The notes: generated by a model not told the origin, from the letters alone. A DNA stretch of 44,251 nt from Nitrosotalea sp. (GCA_050749325.1 JBOGRA010000001.1:1-44251), one strand, 5' to 3'; shown: positions 18,175 through 28,426, counted from the stretch's first letter. Numbers and translations: made by a program.

Positions 18175-18915
18175 TTATACTCTGAATATTGTCCCTTCAA
18201 ATTCTTTGCCATTTATTGCATTCACTATTCTTTGAGGTATTTTTCCATTCACAAAGAAGACGTTAGTACCATTCTTAGACATAGCAAGAGCCTCTTTTAT
18301 TTTACGGTTCATTCCACCAGTAACGTCCATTTTTACATCTGTAATGGTAGGTCTTTCTGTAGTTATTTTATGAATTAATTTTTTAGTTTTGATGTTAGAA
18401 TATACTCCATCTACATTTGTTACGAAAATTGCAAGACGAGGTTTTAGGATTCTAGCCAGCATTCCCATTATTTTGTCTCCAGACAATATGTAGAACTTAT
18501 TTTTGCCAAACCACATGACGTCGCCATAAGAGATAGGAATCAATCCAGTATTGGCAATTTTTGGAATTTCTTTAACTTTTTTTATTATTGGTTTGTTTCC
18601 AAAAATAAAATCAGTTGGAGGTAAGCAATATGGGTTAAGATTTGATCGAAGAAATGATTGATGAACTAGTTTGTTTAATTCTACCATGGAATTCTTGACA
18701 ACTGAAACACCTTTGATACGGTATCTGTCAGGTTTTGTATGCATGCCGTATTTTACAGACCAGTAATGCCCAAAAGAGCCACCCCCATGAATTATCATAT
18801 ATGGCTCCTTTATCTTTCTCAAATGAAAAGCAATTTGTTTGATTGTAGATACATTGGCCGTTAGTGGTTTTTGTTTATTTGTAATTATTGATCCGCCAAG
18901 TTTGATCAAAATCAT
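18175..18915 (-). CDS. ipk: Isopentenyl phosphate kinase
   Basis: IKLGGSIIT, HGGGSFGH, SGD, DVTGGM; ATG 18915 is the likely start. Confidence 0.92.
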   Translation of the reverse strand: MILIKLGGSIITNKQKPLTANVSTIKQIAFHLRKIKEPYMIIHGGGSFGHYWSVKYGMHTKPDRYRIKGVSVVKNSMVELNKLVHQSFLRSNLNPYCLPPTDFIFGNKPIIKKVKEIPKIANTGLIPISYGDVMWFGKNKFYILSGDKIMGMLARILKPRLAIFVTNVDGVYSNIKTKKLIHKITTERPTITDVKMDVTGGMNRKIKEALAMSKNGTNVFFVNGKIPQRIVNAINGKEFEGTIFRV

Positions 18916-18996
18916 GATTTTTAACAATGATATGGTCGGTTTTAAAAAGTATCTCCCGTCTTTCTGCCTATGATCATTATGAAAGAGTTTTTTGGA

Positions 18997-19947
18997 TTAC
19001 AAATAGCTTAATCCATCAAAGTCTATCTTTGCAATAAAACAGTCACTATTTTTTTTTAAATTCTCTAATGTGGTCGTTACGTTGGATTCATCTACTAAAG
19101 AAATTATGCAACCGCCTCCGCCAGCCCCAGTTATTTTAGCTCCATATGACGTCTTGGATGCTTCTTTTATGAGAAGATCAAGCTTATCTGTTGACACGTT
19201 TATTTTCTCTAATAATTCTTGATTTTGTGATATTAGAGAACCCAGTTTGTTTAGATCATTTTCTTTCAATCTCAACAACGCCTCTCTTACCAATTCCTCC
19301 TCCTGTTTACACATTTCTGCAAACCTCCTTTCATTCTTGTTTTTAAATTCCCTTACCTTCAAAACAATTTCTCTTGTGTTGTGAAGCTGATTTGAGTTTG
19401 CTATTATCAAACTAAGATTATTTTTAGAATCAATTTTCTCAAACCCATTTTTGTCGTATGACATCAATCCACCAAAAGTAGAGACGGATGAATCCGCACC
19501 TGATACATCTTCAAATATTATACGTTCAGATTCTATGGATCTTTTTAGAACTTGTTCCTTTGACTTTTTATCAAATAGCCCAGCAACTGACGCTGTTACT
19601 GCAACACATGAAGCTGAGGATGAGCCAAGACCTATCCCAGCAGGAATATCTGATTTTAGAACTATCTCTACACCTTTGTTTTCATTAAATTCTTTCAAAG
19701 TTTCCTTTACAATGTAGAAAAAAGGCATCATAAATCTAGTTGGTATTGAATTCAGGCTAGGTGATGCATTCAAATCAATTTCCGCATTTCCCAATTCCGA
19801 TCTTATGCGTATCTTTGGCTCGTCTAAAAACTGAGAAGTTGCTGTAATCCTCTTGTCAATGGCACAAAGTATTGCCTTGACACCATATACTACAAAATGT
19901 TCTCCAAAAAGAATTACCTTGCCTGGAGCTGACGCTGTTGATTTCAT
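18997..19947 (-). CDS. mvk: Mevalonate kinase
   Basis: APGKVILFGEHFVVYG, PAGIGLGSSSA, SGAD, KITGAGGGG; ATG 19947 overlaps the memo stop (ATGA). Confidence 0.95.
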   Translation of the reverse strand: MKSTASAPGKVILFGEHFVVYGVKAILCAIDKRITATSQFLDEPKIRIRSELGNAEIDLNASPSLNSIPTRFMMPFFYIVKETLKEFNENKGVEIVLKSDIPAGIGLGSSSASCVAVTASVAGLFDKKSKEQVLKRSIESERIIFEDVSGADSSVSTFGGLMSYDKNGFEKIDSKNNLSLIIANSNQLHNTREIVLKVREFKNKNERRFAEMCKQEEELVREALLRLKENDLNKLGSLISQNQELLEKINVSTDKLDLLIKEASKTSYGAKITGAGGGGCIISLVDESNVTTTLENLKKNSDCFIAKIDFDGLSYL

Positions 19948-20780
19948 GAAAAAATGATCGATGCATATCCTACCACTGATTTTTTTTCGCCTGTGACATC
20001 TCCGCTGGTGGCATACTTTGCTAGTGTGCCCCTGGTAGCACCCAATTCTTTGCAGGCTATCATGGTAGAAGCTATCGCTCCATATCCACATGCACTAACT
20101 TGATTTTTCTGTAAAATGTTATAAAATTTGTCAACATCCATTTCCAATATGGGCTCGATCAAAGATTTGTCTTGCTTATGTGCAAATTTGTTTTCTTCAT
20201 AATGTGTAAAGTCAGAAGAGCCAATTATTACAGTTTTTTTATTTTTCACTATCTTTGATACGGACATACCTAATTCTGTTGCCGCACTGTAGCTCTGATT
20301 TATCAAAATTATGGGCAGCATCTTAAATTTATGAGAGTAGATTTCTTGTAGCATTGGTATTTGCACTTCAAGGCTATGGTCTCTTGTATGTGAAAAAAAG
20401 TCTAATTCTATGTTCCTTGATGCCTTGTTAATTTCAAGCGCTGCATCCGTGTCAACTTCAACATCTCCAAGCGGTGTCCTCCATAAACCGTCTTTCATAG
20501 TAGCTATGTCGCAGCCAATTCCCCAATGATTTGGCCCTATGATTATTACAAGTTCTGGTTTTAATGAAGAAATTGCATAATAAGAATATGCGGCAATTGG
20601 GCCAGAGTATACGTACCCAGCATGAGGGCAAATGACCCCTATTACGTTTTCACCATCTGGCAAGGGAGGTAATTTTCCGGGACCAAAACTATGTAGGAAA
20701 CAATCTTTAATAGTTGATCTTAGTTCTTGTTGTGTTTTTGGATAGAACATTCCAGCTACAGCTGGTGTTCTTATCTGCAT
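19944..20780 (-). CDS. MEMO1 family protein (AmmeMemoRadiSam protein B)
   Basis: RTPAVAGMFYP, PHAGYVYSG, GPNH, HSLEVQ, SSDFTHY, CGYG, VVGYAS. Confidence 0.93.
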   Translation of the reverse strand: MQIRTPAVAGMFYPKTQQELRSTIKDCFLHSFGPGKLPPLPDGENVIGVICPHAGYVYSGPIAAYSYYAISSLKPELVIIIGPNHWGIGCDIATMKDGLWRTPLGDVEVDTDAALEINKASRNIELDFFSHTRDHSLEVQIPMLQEIYSHKFKMLPIILINQSYSAATELGMSVSKIVKNKKTVIIGSSDFTHYEENKFAHKQDKSLIEPILEMDVDKFYNILQKNQVSACGYGAIASTMIACKELGATRGTLAKYATSGDVTGEKKSVVGYASIIFS

Positions 20781-20784
20781 TGTG

Positions 20785-21456
20785 TTATTGCCTCTGATTT
20801 CTTGTTCTCAGTGGCGGCATTCTTTCAGATTCTTCTTCTAATTCTTCTTCTGTTATCTTAGTTTCAAAGTCTTCTATTTCGTATTTCATTGACTCGTCAG
20901 CTTTGATATTTCCATTTTGTAATAATATTTCTCTAGCTAATAACCAATAGATTGCAGCAAGAGATTTCCGGCCTCTGTTATTTGCAGGTATGACTAGATC
21001 AACTTTGGACGTAACATTGTCTGTATTTGCAACTGCAATTACCGGTATTCCAGCGTTTGTAGCTTCCAAAATTGCTTGTTCGTCTACCTGAGGGTCTGCA
21101 ACGAGAACTAATTCTGGTTCTATGTAATAAGGCAAAAGTGGATTTGTGAGAGTGCCAGGCATAAATCTCCCAAGCATGGGGGTTGCACCTACAAGTTCAC
21201 AAAACTTTTCAATTGGAGTACTTGCATATTCTCTTCCTGAGCAAATGAATACCTTTGAGATAGTTGCCCTGTTGATGAATTTGGCAGCTGTTTGAATACG
21301 AGACAGTGTTTTCTTACTATCGATAATGTAGAGACCTTCGTTTGTTGCCTTTGTAATAAACGGTATCATGAATTTTGTCTTAACTTGAGTACCTACTCTT
21401 ATCCCTGTAGACAACACATACTTTTCCATATGTTCAAATTCTTCCTGTTTAATCAT
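20785..21456 (-). CDS. rps2: 30S ribosomal protein S2 (uS2)
   Basis: GRFMPGTLTNP, DPQVDEQA, VDLVIPANNRG. Confidence 0.96.
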   Translation of the reverse strand: MIKQEEFEHMEKYVLSTGIRVGTQVKTKFMIPFITKATNEGLYIIDSKKTLSRIQTAAKFINRATISKVFICSGREYASTPIEKFCELVGATPMLGRFMPGTLTNPLLPYYIEPELVLVADPQVDEQAILEATNAGIPVIAVANTDNVTSKVDLVIPANNRGRKSLAAIYWLLAREILLQNGNIKADESMKYEIEDFETKITEEELEEESERMPPLRTRNQRQ

Positions 21457-21465
21457 GACGTGTTC

Positions 21466-22704
21466 TTAAATCTCGACCATTCCACGTATTAAATCATACT
21501 CTGAGATACGCAGTAATTCATTTAGTTTAGCTATTCTTTCTCCACCTATTACACCTGTCTTTAACATCTTGGATTTTGTAGCGATTCCAATATGTGATAT
21601 GTGAGAATCAGATGATTCTCCAGATCTGTGGGACGTGATTAATTTTATATTGTTTTTGGACGCTTCCTTTGCAAATTCGATAGCATCGTAAAGACTTCCT
21701 GCTTGATTTACCTTTAAAATTGCCGCATTACATGCTTTTTTCTTTGCTGCATTCTTCAGAATTTCAGTATTAGTTACTAAAAGATCATCCCCAGTTATTA
21801 AGACGCTTGGAAACTTTTTCGTTAATATGGCCATGTCTTCAAAGGCCTCCTCGTGAACTGCATCTTCCGCATACGCTAATTTGTATTTACTTATTATTTC
21901 AGAAGCAAAATCGATTTGCTCTTCTGGCGTATTCTCAAAGCCTGCCCTGTCATAAACATATTTCTTTTTATTCTCATTCCACTGTGTAGTTGAAGCAAAA
22001 TCTACTCCTAACGAAACTTCTTTTCCTAATGTAAATCCTAATTGTTCGCAGGCTCTTGCAGATATTTCCAATGCCTCTTCATTGTTGAGTTTTGGGGCCC
22101 AGCCACCCTCGTCCCCCCTTCCATTTGTGAATTCTGGATCTTTTTTTGCCAGTATCTTCCCAAGTTCTTTGTGTACTGAAAAATTTACTTCAATGGAATC
22201 TCTTATGGTCTTTGAACCCGTAGCACAAACTAGTATCTCTTGAATATCTGGAGTTCCAGGACCTGCATGAGCCCCACCACCTAAAATATTGCCCAGAGGA
22301 AATGGAAATCTAAGATCAGAATCTTTGGTTAATAATTTAAACATTGGAATTCCCTCTGATTTTGCTGCAGATTCTGTTGATGCTATAGTTAGAGAGAATG
22401 CTATAGAGCCGCCAATTTTTGAATAATTAGGAGTTGAATCTATTTCTCTCAGTGTTTCATGAATGGATTTTAAATCCGAAGGATCAAGCCCGATAAATTT
22501 TTTTTCGTTTGCTTTTAAGATCTCAAGACTTTTCTCAGGTCTATTATCTGGAAAACTTATTGCTTCATGTTTTCCTACGCTTGCACCGGATGGTGCACAA
22601 ACCCTTCCAATATGTCCATTATCTATAATCACATCTATTTCTATTGTTTTACATCCTCTGCTGTTGTAGAGTAATCTCCCCTTTATTGACGCAATCCGTG
22701 CCAT
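21466..22704 (-). CDS. eno: Enolase
   Basis: NSRG, PSGASVG, GDEGG, GDDL, LKVNQAG, SHRSGE, ERIAKLNEL. Confidence 0.95.
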   Translation of the reverse strand: MARIASIKGRLLYNSRGCKTIEIDVIIDNGHIGRVCAPSGASVGKHEAISFPDNRPEKSLEILKANEKKFIGLDPSDLKSIHETLREIDSTPNYSKIGGSIAFSLTIASTESAAKSEGIPMFKLLTKDSDLRFPFPLGNILGGGAHAGPGTPDIQEILVCATGSKTIRDSIEVNFSVHKELGKILAKKDPEFTNGRGDEGGWAPKLNNEEALEISARACEQLGFTLGKEVSLGVDFASTTQWNENKKKYVYDRAGFENTPEEQIDFASEIISKYKLAYAEDAVHEEAFEDMAILTKKFPSVLITGDDLLVTNTEILKNAAKKKACNAAILKVNQAGSLYDAIEFAKEASKNNIKLITSHRSGESSDSHISHIGIATKSKMLKTGVIGGERIAKLNELLRISEYDLIRGMVEI

Positions 22705-22705
22705 T

Positions 22706-22942
22706 CTACTCTAGCTCGGATTGAACTTCTTGCTCCCTTCTCCTTATTGCTTCATAAAATGGAATAACTTGATGAATCGTTTCCACTGATGTTAACATCA
22801 TAGTTCTACAACAATATCGTTTTAATCCCAAGGAATTTAAGATCTTTGCTGGATCCTCGCCGCTTTTTACGCGATTTTGGTATTCCTTGAATTTATCTGC
22901 AATTAAATTTCCACAAGTAAAACATCTAACAGGAATTAGCAC
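22706..22942 (-). CDS. rpoN: RNA polymerase subunit N (Rpo10)
   Basis: IPVRCFTCG...RYCCR; GTG start. Confidence 0.96.
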   Translation of the reverse strand: MLIPVRCFTCGNLIADKFKEYQNRVKSGEDPAKILNSLGLKRYCCRTMMLTSVETIHQVIPFYEAIRRREQEVQSELE

Positions 22943-22964
22943 ATTTTAAAAAAGTAATCAAGGC

Positions 22965-22977
22965 TTATAAAAACCAT
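22965..22977. promoter_or_regulatory. TATA box between divergent rpoN and tRNA-Leu
   Basis: TTATAAAAACCAT lies near the centre of the 52-nt gap. Confidence 0.55.
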
Positions 22978-22994
22978 ACATGGGTATTGCATCT

Positions 22995-23079
22995 GCGGGA
23001 GTCGCCCAGCCTGGTCAAAGGCGCTAGCTTGAGGGGCTAGTATCTTAGGATTTCGAGGGTTCAAATCCCTTCTCCCGCA
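22995..23079 (+). tRNA. tRNA-Leu(GAG)
   Basis: GCGGGAG/CTCCCGC-A acceptor stem, CTAGC-TTGAGGG-GCTAG anticodon arm, long variable arm, GGTTCAAATCC. Confidence 0.95.
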
Positions 23080-23133
23080 CTTGATAATTGTATTTTGGTA
23101 AAGCCCTTATTTGACATAAATTTTTGAAACCAT

Positions 23134-23784
23134 ATGGAAATTACAGTTAAACAAATGATGCAAATTGAGAAAAATGGCCATCAGATGGGATTTCTTCGAA
23201 AACTGATGATGGAGAATGCTGGAGCATCAACAGCAAGATATCTACTTGAGAAATACACGAACTTACAGGAAAAGAAAATCATGGTATTTGCAGGATTAGG
23301 TAACAATGGGGGAGATTCATTTGTGGTAACAAGGCATCTCGCAGGATTTGGTTGTAACCCAGATGTTGTCTTACTTGGAAATCCAGATAAAATAAAAACT
23401 GAAGAGTCTATCTCTAATTGGAAAATTCTAGAAAAAATGGATTCAGTAAATCTTATGATTACATCTGATCCAACTTCGATTCTCTTTGATGCTGACATAA
23501 TTGTTGACGGTATTCTGGGGACTGGAATTTTAGGTAAAATAAAGGAACCTTATGCTACTGCAATAGATTTGATAAATAAATCTAGTGCCTTCAAACTGGC
23601 GATAGACATACCTTCTGGGTTGAATCCTGATTCCGGTTCTATGATAGATAAATGTGTAAAAGCAGATGTAACAATTACGTACCATAAAATGAAGATTGGA
23701 ATGCTAAAGGGAGTAGACATGTGCGGAAAAATAATAGTTGAAAAAATAGGAATTCCGCCAGAGGCCGAAGTGGGGGTATTATGA
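23134..23784 (+). CDS. nnrE: NAD(P)H-hydrate epimerase (YjeF-N)
   Basis: MENAG, GNNGGD, VDGILGTG, IDIPSG. Confidence 0.93.
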   Translation: MEITVKQMMQIEKNGHQMGFLRKLMMENAGASTARYLLEKYTNLQEKKIMVFAGLGNNGGDSFVVTRHLAGFGCNPDVVLLGNPDKIKTEESISNWKILEKMDSVNLMITSDPTSILFDADIIVDGILGTGILGKIKEPYATAIDLINKSSAFKLAIDIPSGLNPDSGSMIDKCVKADVTITYHKMKIGMLKGVDMCGKIIVEKIGIPPEAEVGVL

Positions 23785-24395
23785 AAGTTTACCAGCTTGA
23801 AGTAGGAAGTATGCAAAATTTTACTTACATACTTGAGGATGAACAAACAAGCGAGGCTATAATTCTTGATCCTTCATGGGATCTTGATCTGATAGTGGAG
23901 ATAATCGAGAAGAACGGTCTACAAGTAAAATACATCATAAACACCCATCATCATTTTGACCATACTATAGGTAATGACGCCATGGTGAGAAAGACTGGAG
24001 CTAAGATCTTACAGCATGCATCTTCAACTCTAGAAAACGATATGATAGTATCTGAAGGTGACAAAATTAAATTTGGAAATTCGGAACTTGTTGTTATTCA
24101 TACCCCTGGGCATTCAAAAGACAGCATGTGCCTCGTTGGAGATGGAAAGATCTTCTCAGGTGATACGTTATTTGTGGGAAACTGTGGTAGGATTGATCTT
24201 CCAGGAGGCAGTGCTAGAGATCTTTATCACAGCTTATTTGATGTAATTTCCAAGATAGATGAGAGCCTGACTCTTTATCCAGGTCATAATTATGGCAGTT
24301 CACCCACATCTACAATAGGAAGAGAAAAGAAAACCAATTTTGTGCTTCAACCTAGAACAGAAAAAGAATTTCTAGAATTTATGAGCAGTGATTAA
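23781..24395 (+). CDS. MBL-fold hydrolase (glyoxalase II-like)
   Basis: THHHFDH, HTPGHS, SGDTLF, GRIDL, PGHNY. Confidence 0.9.
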   Translation: MKVYQLEVGSMQNFTYILEDEQTSEAIILDPSWDLDLIVEIIEKNGLQVKYIINTHHHFDHTIGNDAMVRKTGAKILQHASSTLENDMIVSEGDKIKFGNSELVVIHTPGHSKDSMCLVGDGKIFSGDTLFVGNCGRIDLPGGSARDLYHSLFDVISKIDESLTLYPGHNYGSSPTSTIGREKKTNFVLQPRTEKEFLEFMSSD

Positions 24396-24398
24396 TTT

Positions 24399-25454
24399 TT
24401 GCAAGATATAGAGATACTAGGGAACAAAAAAGAAGGCCAGGATTTTATTGATAAGACAAAGCAAAAGCGATTTGCTTTTTCCCTAGTGATATCATATACT
24501 GCAACCTCCGAAATCCAAGGTATTACAATCGCTGGTGAGCATCCAGACCTAATAAAATATACTGGGCCGGCAGACGCTGAGTTCATCCACTATGGATATT
24601 GTAAAAGCATATCTGTCATACCTATGACCCCTGATGGCAAACCCACACCAGCTCTTCTGACAAAAACAGCTTTAGAAGCAGCAAGCATACCAAGCATAGT
24701 AATTAATGCCGGAAGTAAGATTACTCCAAAACTTCCATTCATAGACATGAATTTAAAATATGGAAAAAATATCTCAAGCGAAGCTGCGTTAAGTCAAGAA
24801 GAGGTAAGAAAAGCAGTAGAATATGGGAGAATAATCGGTAGATTTCTTGGTGCCTCAACTGACTGTTTAGTAATCGGAGAAAGTATTCCGGGAGGGACTA
24901 CAACAGCTCTTGGAGTGCTCGAAGGACTTGGCCTAAAAGCACTGGTAAGCAGTAGTATGCCTGATAATCCAATACATCTCAAGACCCAAGTTGTAAAAAA
25001 TGCACTAAAAAGAGTGCAATCAAATGATCCTTTTGACATTGTTGCAGAGATTGGTGATCCAATGATACCTACAGTTGCTGGAATACTTAGTACCTCGTCT
25101 GAAATCACAAAGGTGTTATTGGCAGGTGGTACACAGATGGCGGCAGTCTTATGTTTTGCAAAAAGTATGGGTTTTGGAGGTAAAAACACTGCTATAGGCA
25201 CCACCTCATATGTTGCAGATGACCAGTCAGCAAATTTAGCTGAAACAGTTGGTCAAATATTTGATATGCCAATACTAGTTGCCAAACTTAGACTTGGCCA
25301 ATCCAGCATTCCAGGTCTTCGTTCTTATGCTGAAGGATTTGTTAAAGAAGGAGCAGGTGCAGGAGGAGCTTCTATAGCATGTATGTTAAAAACTGGAATG
25401 GATGCAGAAAAATTACTTACCCTTACAGAAAAAGAGTATAAAAAAATCACTTGA
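24399..25454 (+). CDS. cobT: Archaeal-type nicotinate-nucleotide:base phosphoribosyltransferase (TIGR00303/CobT-like)
   Basis: GITIAG, PTPALLT, GESIPGGTTTA, GDPM, LAGGTQM, KEGAGAGG. Confidence 0.85.
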   Translation: MQDIEILGNKKEGQDFIDKTKQKRFAFSLVISYTATSEIQGITIAGEHPDLIKYTGPADAEFIHYGYCKSISVIPMTPDGKPTPALLTKTALEAASIPSIVINAGSKITPKLPFIDMNLKYGKNISSEAALSQEEVRKAVEYGRIIGRFLGASTDCLVIGESIPGGTTTALGVLEGLGLKALVSSSMPDNPIHLKTQVVKNALKRVQSNDPFDIVAEIGDPMIPTVAGILSTSSEITKVLLAGGTQMAAVLCFAKSMGFGGKNTAIGTTSYVADDQSANLAETVGQIFDMPILVAKLRLGQSSIPGLRSYAEGFVKEGAGAGGASIACMLKTGMDAEKLLTLTEKEYKKIT

Positions 25455-27207
25455 CTGTCACAGATTTTGCCAAGTTTCTTGGATAATCAGGATCCGTGTC
25501 TTTTTCAACCGCTGCATAATAAGCCAAAAGTTGAACAGGTACTATTTCCACTAACGGATACATGGATTCATCCATCTGTGATATCTCTACCCAGTAATCA
25601 TAAACGTCACTAGGCTTGTCTGAAATCCCGATGACCTTTGCTCCCCTGGCCTTTATTTCGCGTGCACTAGTTAACGTATCAGAATAGGTAGAATCACTTG
25701 GATTGATCATAATGACATATGTATTAGAATCCATTAATGCAAGTGGACCATGTTTTAGCTCTCCTCCGGGAAGACCCTCTGCATGTATGTACGTGAGTTC
25801 CTTTAACTTTAGCGAAGCTTCTAATGCTATAGGATAATGGATTCCCCTTCCAAGTATGTATATGTCAGATACATCCTTGATCTTTTTTGCTATCTCCTTA
25901 ATCTTAGAATCGTCAGAAAGAATCTTTTTGATTGCTTCTGATGCTTTGGTAAAGTTCATGCCAGCACTACCACTGCATATCTTATCGGTCATTTTGTATA
26001 GTATCGCAAGTTGTGCAGTGAAACTCTTTGTAGCAGCCACTCCTATTTCAGGACCACAACCTAGTCCTATGGATATAGATGATAAATGAACCAGGGATGA
26101 TGTCATTATGTTTACAATTGAAATAATTTTGGTGCCTGCTTTCTTTGCAATATTTACAGCCTCCAACACATCTGCACTTTCACCACTCTGAGACAATGCT
26201 ATCAAGATGGACTGTTGCTCGAAAATATCAGGAGAAAAGTGTGCCTCGCTTGATATTATTGGCTCTATCTTGATCTTTGCATATTTTGAAAAAAGGAATT
26301 TGGCTACAAGTGCGGCATTATAGCTTGTTCCGCTGCCAGTTATGTAAAGTATTTTTGCATGTCTGACAAAATCAGTTGCTAAATCCAGTTCAAGTTTTGT
26401 ATTATTTCCGGCATTTAGTATTGTAGCAGGTTGTTCTGATATTTCCTTGAGAGTAAAATGTGCATATTCTCCTTTGTATACATCGGCAAATTCCTTTGAC
26501 ACCTTGGTTATTTGATGTTGTACCGGATTTGTATCAAAATCGAAAATCTGAATTCCAGACGCATTGATAATTACAAATTCCCTGTTATCCAAATAAATAA
26601 CCTCATCCGTGTTCTCCACAAATCCTAAAACATCACTAGAAACAAAGTATTCTTCTTTTCCAATTCCTATTATGAGAGGTTCATGAAATCTTGCTGCAGA
26701 TAATGTCCCATCTTCAAAAACAGCGACAAAAGCATAACTTCCCTTAAGATCAGAAACAGTATGAACCATTGACTGCTTTATGTCTCGTGTTTTATCATAA
26801 TGGTATTGAAGAAGATTTGCAATTACCTCACTATCTGTCTGACTTTTGAATGCATACCCATTCTCTTGAAGTTCTCTCTTTAACTCCTCATGGTTTTCTA
26901 TTATTCCATTGTGAACAATAGCTATTTCTCCAGTACTGGATGGATGAGGGTGCGCATTTGTATCAGTAACCATGCCATGCGTGGCCCATCTCGTATGTCC
27001 TATTCCGACAGTTCCAGAAAGTTCGTCAAGTCTTACTGCCATATTTACTTCAATCACTTTTCCTACCCCTTTTCTTACTAGAATATGATCATTAGAAAAT
27101 GTGGCAACGCCGACGCTGTCATAACCCCGATACTCCATCCTCTTTAGGCCCTTGACTATTATCGGCGCAGCTTGGTTGATACCTAGATATCCTATGATTG
27201 AACACAT
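25447..27207 (-). CDS. glmS: Glutamine--fructose-6-phosphate transaminase
   Basis: N-terminal Cys, EYRGYDS, GHTRWATHG, SQSGES, ATKSF, PRNLAKSVTV. Confidence 0.97.
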   Translation of the reverse strand: MCSIIGYLGINQAAPIIVKGLKRMEYRGYDSVGVATFSNDHILVRKGVGKVIEVNMAVRLDELSGTVGIGHTRWATHGMVTDTNAHPHPSSTGEIAIVHNGIIENHEELKRELQENGYAFKSQTDSEVIANLLQYHYDKTRDIKQSMVHTVSDLKGSYAFVAVFEDGTLSAARFHEPLIIGIGKEEYFVSSDVLGFVENTDEVIYLDNREFVIINASGIQIFDFDTNPVQHQITKVSKEFADVYKGEYAHFTLKEISEQPATILNAGNNTKLELDLATDFVRHAKILYITGSGTSYNAALVAKFLFSKYAKIKIEPIISSEAHFSPDIFEQQSILIALSQSGESADVLEAVNIAKKAGTKIISIVNIMTSSLVHLSSISIGLGCGPEIGVAATKSFTAQLAILYKMTDKICSGSAGMNFTKASEAIKKILSDDSKIKEIAKKIKDVSDIYILGRGIHYPIALEASLKLKELTYIHAEGLPGGELKHGPLALMDSNTYVIMINPSDSTYSDTLTSAREIKARGAKVIGISDKPSDVYDYWVEISQMDESMYPLVEIVPVQLLAYYAAVEKDTDPDYPRNLAKSVTVK

Positions 27208-27253
27208 ATCGCTATTCTATGTCACTTCTGGATAAATAATAATTGTGTATGTT

Positions 27254-27793
27254 TTACTCGGTTGGTTGTTCATTTTTTACTTCTTCAATGGGCTTTTGCT
27301 TGACTTTGCCCAAGTCTACCTCAGGTGATAGACTCACCCGATTTTCTTCTTCTACAGTGACAGTATATGATGGGATGTTTATTGTCCTCTCTCCTATCAT
27401 AACATGTCCATGTACGACGGCCTGTCTTGCAAGGTAAGGGCTTTTGATATTGGCTTTTTTCTGAATTACTGTTTGTAATCTGCGCGATAGTAAATCAGTT
27501 ACTTTCAGATTCAAAACATCATCTAAGGTGGAATCTTCTTTTACTAATCCTATCCGTGTCAACGATCTCATTAGGATTGGCTCTTTATTGCTTCTTACCT
27601 CTTGTGTTAAAGCCAAAAGAGATCTTGCTTGATTTCTTATTCTGGAAAGTTCTGTGTGTGCTTTCCAAAGTTCTCTCTTGTTCTTAAGTCCATAAGTGCC
27701 AAGAACATACAGTTCTTCGCTCAATAGATCGTAATTTAGAGGTCGTTTTGGCTTTCTCCACATTTTGCGAGAATTCTTTGGATGATCTCCCAT
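27254..27793 (-). CDS. rps4: 30S ribosomal protein S4 (uS4)
   Basis: MGD, YGLKNKRELW, RRLQT, ARQAVVHGH. Confidence 0.96.
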   Translation of the reverse strand: MGDHPKNSRKMWRKPKRPLNYDLLSEELYVLGTYGLKNKRELWKAHTELSRIRNQARSLLALTQEVRSNKEPILMRSLTRIGLVKEDSTLDDVLNLKVTDLLSRRLQTVIQKKANIKSPYLARQAVVHGHVMIGERTINIPSYTVTVEEENRVSLSPEVDLGKVKQKPIEEVKNEQPTE

Positions 27794-27802
27794 CTATCTC
27801 AC

Positions 27803-28426
27803 CTATTTGGCCTTCTTTTCCACAGCTGGTTTTGCATCCTTTGTAGGAGCTGTTGCCCCTTTTGTAGCAGCTGCAGGAGTTGCTGCGCCTTTCTCGGTTG
27901 TAGCAGCTGCAGGAGCTGCTGCGGCACCAGCTGCAGGAGCTGCTGCGCCTTCAACCGGTGTACCAGCTGGTAACACCTTTCCGCCCTTACGAACTCCTAC
28001 CGCACCACCTTTTCTGCCCGTTGTTCGAGTTCTTTGTCCTCTTACCTTTAATCCATAAGTGTGACGAAATCCTCTCCAGCTATTCATTCCCTTTTCTCTT
28101 TCAACATCATTTCTCACATTGAAATCTATGTCAGAAGTAATCAGATGTAAATCGTTACCTGAATCCATGTCTTTTCTTCTGTTAAGGAACCATTGTGGAA
28201 TATTAGCTGATGACGGATTTCTCATTGCTTTTTCTATCTCTTCAACTTGGGACTCGGTGAGAAAACCTACGTTACTATTAGGATTTATTTTTAATATATC
28301 TAAGATAGATTTTGCAAAACTGTAACCTATTCCTTTTACTTGACTTATGCCTATTATAGTCTTTTTAGCACCAGGTATATCTTTACCCGCAATCCTGACA
28401 ATGTGTCTAAATTCTTGTGAAGACAA
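27803..28426 (-). CDS. rps13: 30S ribosomal protein S13 (uS13) with Ala/Pro/Lys-rich C-terminal tail
   Basis: [35 protein letters not shown] start. Confidence 0.96.
   Translation of the reverse strand: MSSQEFRHIVRIAGKDIPGAKKTIIGISQVKGIGYSFAKSILDILKINPNSNVGFLTESQVEEIEKAMRNPSSANIPQWFLNRRKDMDSGNDLHLITSDIDFNVRNDVEREKGMNSWRGFRHTYGLKVRGQRTRTTGRKGGAVGVRKGGKVLPAGTPVEGAAAPAAGAAAAPAAATTEKGAATPAAATKGATAPTKDAKPAVEKKAK
27845..27950. repeat. Imperfect GC-rich repeats in the rps13 tail
   Basis: CAGCTGCAGGAGYTGCTGCG at about 27868, 27904 and 27928, encoding (G)AAAPAA-like units. Confidence 0.8.

Noticed and set aside
19948..20091. N-terminal extension of mevalonate kinase in the ORF track
   Set aside because: It overlaps the MEMO1 gene; the family N-terminus begins at ATG 19947 with an ATGA overlap
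27845..27950. Repeats as a possible CRISPR array
   Set aside because: They are imperfect, in-frame coding repeats within rps13 with no unique spacers and no cas genes
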